A stretch of 64,000 bases of DNA from Alphaproteobacteria bacterium. Lineage in GTDB: Bacteria; Pseudomonadota; Alphaproteobacteria; UBA8366. The stretch lies in contig CBDDIB010000002.1 of the NCBI GenBank assembly GCA_965228695.1, forward strand, positions 304,192 to 368,191, given 5' to 3'. The notes beneath the pieces were generated by a model that saw nothing but the letters and a program-made list of their open reading frames with translations, had not been told where the DNA came from and did not search any database. The translations under genes and the position numbers were made by a program. Positions 1 to 9,121 of the stretch are shown in pieces; within the stretch, counting starts at the first letter, position 1, and each line of letters begins with the position of its first letter.

Positions 1-273
1 TCACCGTGTCACCACTTCAGAACGCGCCGCAGGCCGGTGTTCGCTGCAACCGGCATCGGGAACCGGATCGTATCCGCTGCCGCCCCAGGGATGGCAGCGC
101 GTGATCCGGCGCAGCGCCAGCCAGCTGCCGCGCAGCGGACCATGGATCGTCACCGCCTCCATGGCATAGTCCGAACAGCCCGGCAAATAGCGGCAAGATC
201 CCGTGAAAAAGAAGGACAGGAAGAACTGATATCCGCGGATCAATACGCGCAGAACTGAGGCAACTAAGCCCAT
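1..273 (-). CDS. yidD: membrane protein insertion efficiency factor YidD
   Basis: 90-aa ORF with ATG at 273 and TGA at 3..1. Carries the YidD core ([28 protein letters not shown]). Lies downstream of rnpA, as in the canonical rpmH-rnpA-yidD cluster. Confidence 0.9.
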   Translation of the reverse strand: MGLVASVLRVLIRGYQFFLSFFFTGSCRYLPGCSDYAMEAVTIHGPLRGSWLALRRITRCHPWGGSGYDPVPDAGCSEHRPAARSEVVTR

Positions 274-298
274 CGGTGTTCGATCCTCCCGATCCGGG

Positions 299-649
299 TT
301 AACCGCTGCGCCATAGGTCGAGACGCTTTAGAGCTTTTTCAAGATCACCCGTCAACGCCGCAAAATCCCGGTGCAGCGTTCCCTTGCGGGCGATCAGGAC
401 ATAGTCATGGCCGGGTTCGGCATGCAGAGGCATAACCGCCCGGACAGCCGCGCGCAAGCGCCGCCGCGCCCGGTTCCGCTCGACCGCCCCGCCGACCCGC
501 CGGCTTGCCGTAAAGCCCACCCGAAGCGGTGCGCCGGCGTCGCGCTGTCGACAAGATTGGAGGACGAGCCCGGGAGCCACTGATTTCCGGCCTTTCGCAG
601 CACGTAGGAACTCGGGCCGCCGCGTCAATCTGCCGACCGGCGACCGCAC
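299..649 (-). CDS. rnpA: ribonuclease P protein component
   Basis: Basic protein with RnpA-like core ([47 protein letters not shown]). The ORF track extends to 760, but that would overlap rpmH. I place the start at the in-frame GTG at 649, just after the rpmH stop; this start is uncertain. Confidence 0.8.
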   Translation of the reverse strand: MRSPVGRLTRRPEFLRAAKGRKSVAPGLVLQSCRQRDAGAPLRVGFTASRRVGGAVERNRARRRLRAAVRAVMPLHAEPGHDYVLIARKGTLHRDFAALTGDLEKALKRLDLWRSG

Positions 650-653
650 GGCG

Positions 654-788
654 TCAGGCTGAGAGCCGCTTGCGGCCCTTTTTACGGCGCCGGGCCAGAA
701 CCTGACGGCCGGCCTTCGTCGCCATGCGGGAGCGGAATCCATGCCGCCGCTTACGGACAAGGTTGCCCGGCTGAAAGGTGCGTTTCAC
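654..788 (-). CDS. rpmH: 50S ribosomal protein L34
   Basis: The last 44 codons of ORF 654..1091 read (V)[43 protein letters not shown], a near-consensus L34. GTG start at 788 with GGAGAG 7 nt upstream. Confidence 0.95.
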   Translation of the reverse strand: MKRTFQPGNLVRKRRHGFRSRMATKAGRQVLARRRKKGRKRLSA

Positions 789-915
789 GATTATCTCTCC
801 AAAGCGCCTAAGGATAGAGGCCCGGTGTATAAAAGGTCGGTCAACCGGTGTCAATCGGCGGGTTTGCCATGGCCTGCCCCGGGCCCGCGCGAGGCGGCCG
901 GGCCAGGCTGCGACC

Positions 916-1410
916 CTAAAGCGACCGGTACATATATAGGCTCGGAATCGCCGGGCCGAAACCGGCTTTTTCATAGGCCCGGCGTGCCGGCGCATGGCTC
1001 GGGTCCCCGCCGGTCCCGACCGTCGCAACCTGCATGCCGGCCGCCTGCAGATGGGCCAGCGCCTTCTCATACATCCAAGCGCCGATGCCACGACCCTGAT
1101 AGTCCGGATGGACCGCGTTCAGATCGATTTCGCCGACCTTGGATGCCTGATCGCAGGTAACCGCACAAAACGCCACGATCTCCGGGCCGTACTCGACCAC
1201 AAGCATATCGTGGGATGATTCCGCGCCGCAGACCTGATCCAGCAATTCCCCTTGTTCGCGCTCCGCACCGGCTAGGGCGACCGCTGCGATCCGGTCGCCG
1301 AGAATACGCCGAAAGGACCGAAAAATCGGTTTGAAGGCGGCCTCGCGGATCGCGTGCAGCCGTTTCAAATCCTTTGCTTCGAACGCCCGTAGGGTGCAAT
1401 TCTCGATCAT
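916..1410 (-). CDS. GNAT family N-acetyltransferase
   Basis: ATG at 1410 ([14 protein letters not shown]...). Acetyl-CoA binding motif [18 protein letters not shown] and C-terminal [10 protein letters not shown] are typical of GNAT. The upstream part of the 237-aa ORF looks non-coding. Confidence 0.8.
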   Translation of the reverse strand: MIENCTLRAFEAKDLKRLHAIREAAFKPIFRSFRRILGDRIAAVALAGAEREQGELLDQVCGAESSHDMLVVEYGPEIVAFCAVTCDQASKVGEIDLNAVHPDYQGRGIGAWMYEKALAHLQAAGMQVATVGTGGDPSHAPARRAYEKAGFGPAIPSLYMYRSL

Positions 1411-1580
1411 GCGGCAACCTCGTCTTCGAACCGGTTTTTTTGCCGAGCCGACGCCACGGCAGTGTCTGAACCTACCGGTAACCCGAATCTCACAGTAAGG
1501 TGAATCGCGAGTGAAACCCGACCGGTGTAGATACGCACTACAATACCGTTGGGGGCGGCGATTGCTGTGAGGAGTTAACG

Positions 1581-2318
1581 ATGGACGCGCAGGAGAACGC
1601 AAGCGAAAGCCAACGCGCCGGCTTTTCATGGAAGCGGCTGATCCCGCTTCTCGTGCTGGCCGTCGGGCTGATCGGCTTTTTCGCCCTCGGTATGGATAAA
1701 TACCTGACTTTCGACGCGCTGAAAGAAAACCGGGCCTGGCTTCTGGAACAGGTGGAAGCGTCCGCTGTCCTCGCGGCGCTTGTCTATATGGGAATCTATA
1801 TCGCCGTCGTCGCCTTCTCGCTGCCGGGCGGCGCGGTCATGACGATTGCCGGCGGCTTCCTGTTCGGTCAGTGGCTCGGCACCGGTTATGTCGTGGTCGC
1901 CGCCACAATCGGCGCAACGATCCTGTTCATCGCGGCCAAGACCGCGCTCGGCGATCTGCTGCGCGCGAAAGCGGGGCCCTTCCTGCAGAAGATGGAGGCC
2001 GGGTTCCAAGAGGATGCGTTGAGTTATCTCCTCGTCCTGCGCCTGATCCCGTTGTTTCCGTTCTTCATCGTCAATCTCGTTCCAGCCTTCCTTGGCGTGT
2101 CACTGCGGGTCTTCGTCATTGCGACCTTTGCCGGCATCATTCCCGGCAGCTTCGTCTATGCCACGGTGGGCGCCGGGCTGGGCAGCATCTTCGACGCCGG
2201 CGGCGAGTTCTCGGCCAGCGGCATCCTGACGCCGGAGATCATCACCGCATTGGTCGGATTGGCCGTGTTGGCGCTGCTGCCGGTAGCCTATAAACGCTAC
2301 AAGGCGAAACGCGGCTGA
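1581..2318 (+). CDS. TVP38/TMEM64 (DedA-related) family membrane protein
   Basis: 245 aa with GAGGAG SD before the ATG. Multi-pass membrane protein with the family-typical LPGG..MTIAGGFLFG and LRLIPLFPFFIVNL segments. Confidence 0.75.
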   Translation: MDAQENASESQRAGFSWKRLIPLLVLAVGLIGFFALGMDKYLTFDALKENRAWLLEQVEASAVLAALVYMGIYIAVVAFSLPGGAVMTIAGGFLFGQWLGTGYVVVAATIGATILFIAAKTALGDLLRAKAGPFLQKMEAGFQEDALSYLLVLRLIPLFPFFIVNLVPAFLGVSLRVFVIATFAGIIPGSFVYATVGAGLGSIFDAGGEFSASGILTPEIITALVGLAVLALLPVAYKRYKAKRG

Positions 2319-2423
2319 CCGTCGCAAAACGCCACGGTGTTGGGTAAACTCGCTCCTCGTTAATCGGATCGGCGGCTTTTCGGCCAACCCGGCCGGCGCT
2401 TCCGAGATTGGATCGCACGGAAA

Positions 2424-3779
2424 ATGCGAAGTCTGTCTTCACGTTTGCTGTTGTTGACCGTCATTTTCGTCATGCTGGCGGAAGTGTTCATTTTCGTGCC
2501 GTCCGTCGCACGGTTTCGTCAAAGCTGGATCGACCAACGCCTCGGGCTGGGGCATCTGGCGATCCTCGCCCTGGACGCCACGCCGGACCGGATGGTCAGC
2601 GAGATGCTGCGCCGCGAACTGCTCGACCATGTCGGCGCCTACGCGCTGTTCGTTCGCCGGGACGGCGCGCGACTGGTGTTGAGCGGCGAGATGCCACCGC
2701 CGGTGGCGGAAAGCTACGATCTGGGCAAGGCCACCATGATGGAATTGGTGAGCGACGCCTTCTTGACCTTGGCACGGACCGAAGAGCGGGTTATCCGCGT
2801 GGTCGGCCCGTCGCCGAAGGACCAGTCGGTCATCATCGAGGTCGTGCTCGACGAGGCGCCCCTGCAAACCGCGCTCGCCGCGTTCAGTTGGCGGATATTC
2901 GGGCTGTCCATCGTGATATCCCTGATCACGGCGATGCTGGTCTTCCTGACGCTGCAATGGCTGATGGTGCGCCCGATGCGCCGATTTACCGAAAACATGA
3001 TCACCTTCCGCGAAGATCCGGAAGACGCGAACCGGGTGATCCAGCCGACGGGACGGCGCGACGAGATCGGCACCGCGCAACACGAACTGGCCGGGATGCA
3101 GAAACGACTTCGGGCGACGCTGAACCAGCGGGCCCATCTCGCGGCGCTCGGCACGGCGGTCGCCAAGATCAATCACGATCTGCGCGGTATCCTCGCCTCC
3201 GCTTTGCTGCTATCCGACCGGTTGAGCACAATCGACGATCCGGACGTACGGCGGGTGACCCCGACATTGTTCGCGTCAATCGAGCGCGCGGTGGCACTCT
3301 GCAGCAAGACGCTCGATTTCGTCGGCCAGGACCAGCAGGAATTCGACCGCAGCCGCTTCCCGCTGCACGCGATGGTGGCCGAGGTCGAAGACGGAATCGT
3401 CGTGCCCGACGATCGGGTCACCAGTTTTAAAAATACGGTGGCCCCGACGATCGAGGTCGAGGCCGACCGCGAACAGCTTTTCCGGGTCCTCAACAATTTG
3501 ATGCGGAACGCGATGGAGGCCGGCGCCGAACGGATCGATGTCGCCGCGACGGCGAACGGCCGTTGGGTCGACATCGACATTTCCGACGACGGCCCCGGTT
3601 TGCCGCCCCGGGCGCAGGACAAGCTGTTCCGGCCTTTCGAAGGGTCGGCCCGCGCCGGCGGAACCGGCCTGGGCCTTGCGATCGCCCGCGAGCTGGTCCG
3701 GAACCACGGCGGCGATCTACATCTGGTAGAAACCGGCAGCGACGGCACCACATTCCGCATCTCGCTGCCGCAGGCCTGA
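2424..3779 (+). CDS. sensor histidine kinase (two TM, HisKA + HATPase_c)
   Basis: N-terminal TM and a second TM around residue 160. H-box LGTAVAKINHDLRGIL, N-box NNLMRNAMEA, G-boxes DDGPGL and GTGLGLAIAREL. No response regulator is adjacent. Confidence 0.85.
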   Translation: MRSLSSRLLLLTVIFVMLAEVFIFVPSVARFRQSWIDQRLGLGHLAILALDATPDRMVSEMLRRELLDHVGAYALFVRRDGARLVLSGEMPPPVAESYDLGKATMMELVSDAFLTLARTEERVIRVVGPSPKDQSVIIEVVLDEAPLQTALAAFSWRIFGLSIVISLITAMLVFLTLQWLMVRPMRRFTENMITFREDPEDANRVIQPTGRRDEIGTAQHELAGMQKRLRATLNQRAHLAALGTAVAKINHDLRGILASALLLSDRLSTIDDPDVRRVTPTLFASIERAVALCSKTLDFVGQDQQEFDRSRFPLHAMVAEVEDGIVVPDDRVTSFKNTVAPTIEVEADREQLFRVLNNLMRNAMEAGAERIDVAATANGRWVDIDISDDGPGLPPRAQDKLFRPFEGSARAGGTGLGLAIARELVRNHGGDLHLVETGSDGTTFRISLPQA

Positions 3780-3899
3780 ATTTTTGCACCGCAGCAATTG
3801 TCCCCGGCAGAACTCTGCGCTATAACCCGTTTGTGGCCGCAAGACATGACCTTGCATGGCATGCTGCGACGCAATCAAGACATCCAGGGACCTATCGAT

Positions 3900-4736
3900 A
3901 TGACATCGACAAAGCGTCAGGGACGTATCTCCGTTCCCGAGCTTCGCGCCCGTAAGGGCGGCGAGCCGATCGTCTCGTTGACCGCCTATTCGGCCCCGGT
4001 CGCCGAGCTGCTGGACCCCCACATGGATTTTCTGCTCGTGGGCGATTCCGTCGCGATGGTGATCTACGGGATGGACAGCACCCTCGGCGTGACCGTCGAC
4101 ATGATGATCGCCCACGGCAAGGCCGTGGTGCGGGCCACCAAGCATAGCTGCGTCATCGTCGACCTGCCCTTCGGCAGCTACCAGGAATCACCCGAACAGG
4201 CTTTCCGGACCTCCGCGCGGGTCATGGCGGAAACCGGCTGCCAGGCGGTCAAACTGGAAGGCGGCGCCGAGATGGCCGACACGGTGCGATTCCTGACCGA
4301 ACGGGGCGTTCCGGTGCTGGGCCATGTCGGACTGATGCCGCAGAGCGTGAACACCGCAGGCGGATTTCGCGCACAAGGCCGGGATGCGGACGAATCGGCC
4401 CGCATCGTCGCCGACGCCTGCGCGATCGAGGAAGCCGGCGCCTTCGGCATGGTGATCGAAGGCACGATGGAAGACGTCGCGCGGGCGGTCACCGAAAAAG
4501 TCACGGTGCCAACGATCGGAATCGGGGCGTCGCCGGAATGCGACGGCCAGATCCTCGTGACCGACGATCTGGTCGGGATGTTTTCGGCCTTCAAGCCGAA
4601 ATTCGTGAAACGCTACGCCGAACTGGGCGAGGCGATGCAGAAGGCCGCCGCCGCTTATGCCGCGGACGTCCGGGCTCGGCGTTTTCCCGGACCGGAGCAG
4701 GTCTTCCGCCCCAAGGCGTCGCAGGCCGCCGAGTAA
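3900..4736 (+). CDS. panB: 3-methyl-2-oxobutanoate hydroxymethyltransferase
   Basis: From internal ATG 3900: [31 protein letters not shown]...[11 protein letters not shown]. Typical PanB, followed by panC. Confidence 0.93.
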   Translation: MTSTKRQGRISVPELRARKGGEPIVSLTAYSAPVAELLDPHMDFLLVGDSVAMVIYGMDSTLGVTVDMMIAHGKAVVRATKHSCVIVDLPFGSYQESPEQAFRTSARVMAETGCQAVKLEGGAEMADTVRFLTERGVPVLGHVGLMPQSVNTAGGFRAQGRDADESARIVADACAIEEAGAFGMVIEGTMEDVARAVTEKVTVPTIGIGASPECDGQILVTDDLVGMFSAFKPKFVKRYAELGEAMQKAAAAYAADVRARRFPGPEQVFRPKASQAAE

Positions 4737-4741
4737 CCGCG

Positions 4742-5611
4742 ATGCCGTCCACGCCCGAGATCGTCCGGACGGTCGGCGGGCTCCGTGACCAGGTCGCCGC
4801 ATGGCGCAGGGACGGAGAGCGAATCGGACTCGTGCCGACCATGGGCGCGTTGCACGACGGTCATTTGGCGCTCGTGCGCCGGTCCCTCGACGAGTGCGAC
4901 CGGACGGTCGTCAGCATTTTCGTCAACCCTACCCAGTTCGCTCCGCATGAGGATTTCGACGCCTATCCGCGCGACGAGGCCCGCGATCTGGCGGCCATCG
5001 GCGCGCTCGGCACCGACATCGCCTATATGCCCGATGCCGGCGAAATGTATGCCGGCGGCTTCACCACCACGGTGTCCGTGACCGGCCCGAGCGAGGGCCT
5101 GTGCGGTGCGGTCCGGCCGCACTTCTTCCAGGGCGTCGCCACGGTCGTCTCCAAGCTGCTGCTGCAGTGCCTGCCGGACCGGGCCTATTTCGGGGAGAAG
5201 GACTACCAACAACTCCTGGTCATCAAGCGGCTGGTCCGCGACCTGGACATCCCGGCCGACATCGTCGGCGTATCGACGGTGCGGGAAGCGGACGGCCTGG
5301 CGCTGTCGTCCCGAAACGCCTACCTTTCGGACGCCGATCGAAAGACGGCGCCGACGCTCAACGCGATCATGCGGCAGGTTGCCGAAAAGATCGGCGGCGG
5401 CGGCGATGTCGCCGAGGCCGAATCCTGGGGCCGTGGCCAATTGGCCGGGAACGGCTTCGAACCCGTGGATTACCTGGAGGTGCGCGACGGTGAAACGCTG
5501 GCGCGAATCACGAACACATTGGCGCCCGGCCGTCCCGCCCGTGTCTTTGCCGCCGCCTATCTCGGCAAGACCCGGCTGATCGACAACATTCCCGTCGCCC
5601 GGGTTCTCTAA
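4742..5611 (+). CDS. panC: pantoate--beta-alanine ligase
   Basis: From ATG 4742: ...IGLVPTMGALHDGHLALVR...VSIFVNPTQF. This is the PanC HIGH-like motif. The N-terminal extension in the ORF track overlaps panB and was trimmed. Confidence 0.93.
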   Translation: MPSTPEIVRTVGGLRDQVAAWRRDGERIGLVPTMGALHDGHLALVRRSLDECDRTVVSIFVNPTQFAPHEDFDAYPRDEARDLAAIGALGTDIAYMPDAGEMYAGGFTTTVSVTGPSEGLCGAVRPHFFQGVATVVSKLLLQCLPDRAYFGEKDYQQLLVIKRLVRDLDIPADIVGVSTVREADGLALSSRNAYLSDADRKTAPTLNAIMRQVAEKIGGGGDVAEAESWGRGQLAGNGFEPVDYLEVRDGETLARITNTLAPGRPARVFAAAYLGKTRLIDNIPVARVL

Positions 5612-5630
5612 GTCTTACCGCAAACCGGCA

Positions 5631-6125
5631 TTACTTGCGGTCGCCGCGTTGGCTGCCGATCGGTTCGCTGTAGGACGGCGCGATATCCCACGGAAAGAGA
5701 ATCCACGTATCCTGACTGACTTCGGTAATGAAGGTATCGACCAAGGGCCGGCCCGCCGGCTTGGCGTAGATCGTCGCGAAATGCGCGCCCGGCAGCATAT
5801 CCCGCACCACCTTGGCCGTGGTGCCGGTGTCGACCAGATCGTCGACGATCAGCCATCCGCTGCCGTCGCCGGCCGCGGCCTCCTTCAGCACCGACAGGCC
5901 CCCTTGGTCCTTATGATCGTAACTGGCGATGCACACCGTATCGATCAGCCGGACCTCCAGCTCGCGCGCCACGACGGCCGCGGGCACCAAGCCGCCCCGG
6001 GTGATCGCGACAATCCCGTCGAACGGCCCCAAGGGCAACAGGCGCCACGCCAGGACCCGGGCATGGCGATGCAACTCCTCCCAGGAAACCGGGAACTCTC
6101 TGCTGTACTGATCTTTGTCGGACAT
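5631..6125 (-). CDS. gpt: xanthine-guanine phosphoribosyltransferase
   Basis: [19 protein letters not shown]...[14 protein letters not shown]...[13 protein letters not shown] (PRPP-binding loop). About 164 aa, typical Gpt size. Confidence 0.88.
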   Translation of the reverse strand: MSDKDQYSREFPVSWEELHRHARVLAWRLLPLGPFDGIVAITRGGLVPAAVVARELEVRLIDTVCIASYDHKDQGGLSVLKEAAAGDGSGWLIVDDLVDTGTTAKVVRDMLPGAHFATIYAKPAGRPLVDTFITEVSQDTWILFPWDIAPSYSEPIGSQRGDRK

Positions 6126-6165
6126 GGCCCGTCGGCAATCCAAGGGGGCCGCACCGTCTCCGGCG

Positions 6166-7374
6166 TTAGCGGACGTAGACGCGGACCTCGTTCGCCTGGA
6201 CGGTGGCGCTCGACATGGAGTTCATGCCGACACGGCTGGTCGGCAGTCCCTGCTCGGCAAGCGTGCGCATCACGTTTTCCGCATTGCGGCGCGCCGCCGT
6301 GCTGTTGAGGACGATCTGCGCCGGCGAGCCGGTCTTCGGATGCACCGCGACCAGATCGAACGCGGCGTTCGGCTTGCGCTCGAGCGCCTTGCTGACCGCG
6401 TTATACAGCGCGAGCTGGTATTCGACGTTGGGCCGGTCGAAGCGGATGACGACCAACGGCCGCGCGTTCCGCGACAAGGGCGCACGGGCAGCCCGGCTCG
6501 CCTTGACCTCGGCTTGCGCGAAGGCGCGGTTCACGAGGCTCATGCCGTAGCGTTCGCCGTTCTTGATCGCGATCGACATGGCGGTGAGGTTGCGGCGCTC
6601 GCTGCCGAGATACCCGGTCTGACGATTGAGATCGTCGCTCAACTCGTTGAGCAGGCGATCGATGCCGACCACCGTCTGGTTCACGCCGTCTTCGAGCCCG
6701 CGCAATTGAACATGATCTTCATCGACGGCGCCGCTCAGGGTGAAGGTGGCGCGCACGCTGTCCAACAGATACCCGGCGACGCTGGCCTCGGCGCCGGCGT
6801 CGTTCGACAGGCTATTCATCTTCGAAATATTGGCTTCGATTCGCTTGAGTTGTTTCTGCGCTTCATTCCATTGCTGGACGAGCAGCGGATTGCCGGGCGT
6901 CGTCCCGACCTGCAGCTTGGAATTCATCGCCGCGACGATTCCGAGATAACGTTGCGTCGCATCGGTGTTGTCGCTGCGAATCTGCACCATGCGATTGTCG
7001 AGACGGTTCACCGCCGCGCGCAATTTGTTCAGGTCCTGCCGCATCGCATCGACCTTCTTACCGACGAACGTGCCGGTCGGTTTTCCGGTCAACTGCGGCT
7101 GCGTGGCCAAAGGCCGAGGCTGAACCGCGGGCTGTGTCGCCAAGGGCGCCACAGCCGAGCGGGCAGCGGCGGCGCCTTGTTGCACCTGCTGCTGCGTTTG
7201 TTGCGCGGCGCGTTCCGCCTGCGACGCGGGAATTTCAAGACGTTCCCGGCTTTGTGATCCTGCTGCCGGGTCATCGCCGGTCAGCGATGGCCACAGACTC
7301 GAGCCGCAGCCGGCAAGCAGAATGCCCCCTGCGACGAACACACCAAAATTGCGCGTTGATCTCATTGATCTCAT
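6166..7374 (-). CDS. conserved lipoprotein with Q/A-rich linker and coiled-coil region, function unknown
   Basis: ATG at 7374 (or 7365) gives a lipobox signal, [23 protein letters not shown]. Long heptad-like central region. The C-terminal ~90 aa loosely resemble an OmpA-like fold, but I cannot confirm this. Confidence 0.6.
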   Translation of the reverse strand: MRSMRSTRNFGVFVAGGILLAGCGSSLWPSLTGDDPAAGSQSRERLEIPASQAERAAQQTQQQVQQGAAAARSAVAPLATQPAVQPRPLATQPQLTGKPTGTFVGKKVDAMRQDLNKLRAAVNRLDNRMVQIRSDNTDATQRYLGIVAAMNSKLQVGTTPGNPLLVQQWNEAQKQLKRIEANISKMNSLSNDAGAEASVAGYLLDSVRATFTLSGAVDEDHVQLRGLEDGVNQTVVGIDRLLNELSDDLNRQTGYLGSERRNLTAMSIAIKNGERYGMSLVNRAFAQAEVKASRAARAPLSRNARPLVVIRFDRPNVEYQLALYNAVSKALERKPNAAFDLVAVHPKTGSPAQIVLNSTAARRNAENVMRTLAEQGLPTSRVGMNSMSSATVQANEVRVYVR

Positions 7375-7680
7375 TGCGAAGCAGACACCCTGCTTTTTAT
7401 CTTGGGATACGTCCCAAGGCCCCCACGACCCGCCAGCCGCTTTTTCAAATCCAACATATGGATCGAATCCAAATACGGGGTACGAGCATTCCAGCGTCAC
7501 CCCCGTTACGACTGGCGAAAGCTCACCGAGATACTACTTTAGCACCCGGCAGGTCACAAGCCGCATTTGGCGCCGCCCCGCATTGCATTCAGGGGTGACG
7601 CATATTTGCAAACATGCTTGTCAATTCGGGCGGCATTCTTTAGTGTCCGCGCCGCTTGCAGGCGGTAACGCTTGCACAGC

Positions 7681-7757
7681 GCGCCCGTAGCTCAATTGGA
7701 TAGAGTGCCTGACTACGGATCAGGAGGTTGGGGGTTCGAGTCCTCCCGGGCGCGCCA
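7681..7757 (+). tRNA. tRNA-Arg (anticodon ACG)
   Basis: Hand-folded cloverleaf. Acceptor GCGCCCG/CGGGCGC, anticodon stem CCTGA/TCAGG with loop CTACGGA (ACG), T-arm GGGGG-TTCGAGT-CCTCC, encoded CCA end. Confidence 0.95.
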
Positions 7758-8161
7758 TTCTTATAGGAATTCTCCACTCAAACCCAATTTTTTGGCCTGA
7801 TTTTTGGCCATGCCGGATCGGCATTCCTTGCCGGAGAGTTCTATTCCTAAATAAGCCGTATCCACATTCTGCAACGGCATCGGCGCCGTGCAAATTTCCT
7901 CACGCCGCGTCGCGCATCTTCTCAGGCTCCATCGGCGTGTTAAAAGGCATCGCCGTTCGGCCCTTCCTGCGTTCGACGGGGCAGACATTCATCCGCCGCC
8001 GCCTCGGCGCAGGAAAGCATGTCGGAGTTCGGGAGGGATCGAATTACAAAAATTTCTGGCGGAACCATAGAATTCTTCATAATCCGAAGCAGATAATTTG
8101 TGACACTCGGTCGCTGCGACCCATCCGACACAGTCCCGCAGCGCCACGCAGGAAACGGACT

Positions 8162-9037
8162 ATGACCCTTCGCTTCGCAATCTGCGCCCTAGCCGCCTTC
8201 TTGGCCGCAAATATCGCGGCGGCCCAATCCGTACCGACGAAGGCCACCGCAATCTTTCTCGCCGCAAGCTCGGTCGACCTCGACAACCCGCATGATTTGA
8301 AACTTTCACCGGACGGCAAATATCTGTTCGTCTCGGATGTCGGCAACAATCGGGTCGCAATTCTCGACCCCGGAACGCTGGCACTGATCGATGAATTCGG
8401 CGCCGATCACCAATCGGGCACGCATGATGTCGACTTCGACGATGCCGGCCGTGCATACGTAGCCGACACCCATAACGGCCGTGTCACAATCTATACCCTG
8501 GCGGGCACGAAGGCGACGCTGGTTGGCGAATTGAAGGAGCGGCTGAGCGGCCCCGAGGGCGTTTTGATCCATCCAAATGGCCACGTCTACGTCGCAGGCG
8601 CGTGGTCCAACAATGTGGTCGCCTACAAGGACGGCAAGGTAGTCAAGGAATTGAAAGGGCTTTCATCGCCGCACGACCTGGAACGCACACCTGGCGGCGA
8701 CATCTGGTTATCGGACGCCGGCAACGACCGCATGCTCCTGCTGTCGCCGGACCTGGAGATCAAGCACGAATGGAAGGGTGCGCCCTTTGATTTCAACGGG
8801 GTACGCTACCAAGACGTGCTGCCGGATGGCACGGTCATCGCAGCCGACAAGAATAACCATCAGATCAAGTTTATCGCCGGGGATGGCCGCGTGCTACTGG
8901 TGCTCGGCAACGGTAAAGCGGGAAAAGGTCCGAACCTTTTCACGACTCCCGAAGGCGTCGAAATACGCGGCGATACGCTTTGGATTTCCGATTCCGGCAA
9001 CGGCCGAATCGTGAAATATCGCTTCACCGTGGATTAG
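8162..9037 (+). CDS. secreted NHL-repeat six-bladed beta-propeller protein
   Basis: ATG 8162 gives the signal peptide MTLRFAICALAAFLAANIAAAQS. Repeated NHL-like blades (PHDLKLSPDGKYLFVSDVGNNRVAILD, THDVDFDDAGRAYVADTHNGRVTIY, SPHDLERTPGGDIWLSDAGNDRMLLL, GVEIRGDTLWISDSGNGRIVKY). Confidence 0.75.
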   Translation: MTLRFAICALAAFLAANIAAAQSVPTKATAIFLAASSVDLDNPHDLKLSPDGKYLFVSDVGNNRVAILDPGTLALIDEFGADHQSGTHDVDFDDAGRAYVADTHNGRVTIYTLAGTKATLVGELKERLSGPEGVLIHPNGHVYVAGAWSNNVVAYKDGKVVKELKGLSSPHDLERTPGGDIWLSDAGNDRMLLLSPDLEIKHEWKGAPFDFNGVRYQDVLPDGTVIAADKNNHQIKFIAGDGRVLLVLGNGKAGKGPNLFTTPEGVEIRGDTLWISDSGNGRIVKYRFTVD

Positions 9038-9065
9038 CGGATCCGCGCAACACGCCGGAAATGCA

Positions 9066-9099
9066 ACGCGGCCGGAGAGGGCATACCCACCGGCCGCGT
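9066..9099. terminator. 10-bp GC-rich hairpin between convergent genes (candidate bidirectional terminator)
   Basis: ACGCGGCCGG (9066..9075) pairs perfectly with CCGGCCGCGT (9090..9099) around a 14-nt loop. It lies between the NHL gene stop (9037) and the MCP stop (9122). No clear U-tract. Confidence 0.45.
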
Positions 9100-9121
9100 C
9101 ACGGGTCAAGCCACCTGGTCC

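Noticed and set aside
3798-3899. N-terminal extensions offered by the ORF track. Affected: panB 3798, panC 4538, SBP 18764, hisC 40926, tyrC 41909, tlpA 58957, plsC up to 50815, lysA up to 58154, gpt up to 6143, GNAT up to 1629, rnpA up to 760, and the GT39 genes.
   Set aside because: The extensions overlap upstream genes or lack family-typical sequence. Internal ATG/GTG codons with SD-like sequences give proteins starting where homologous families start.
7761-7988. 75-aa minus-strand ORF immediately after the tRNA, considered as a possible integrase remnant or small gene.
   Set aside because: It shows no recognisable motif, has atypical composition and lacks an SD. It is treated as non-coding spacer.
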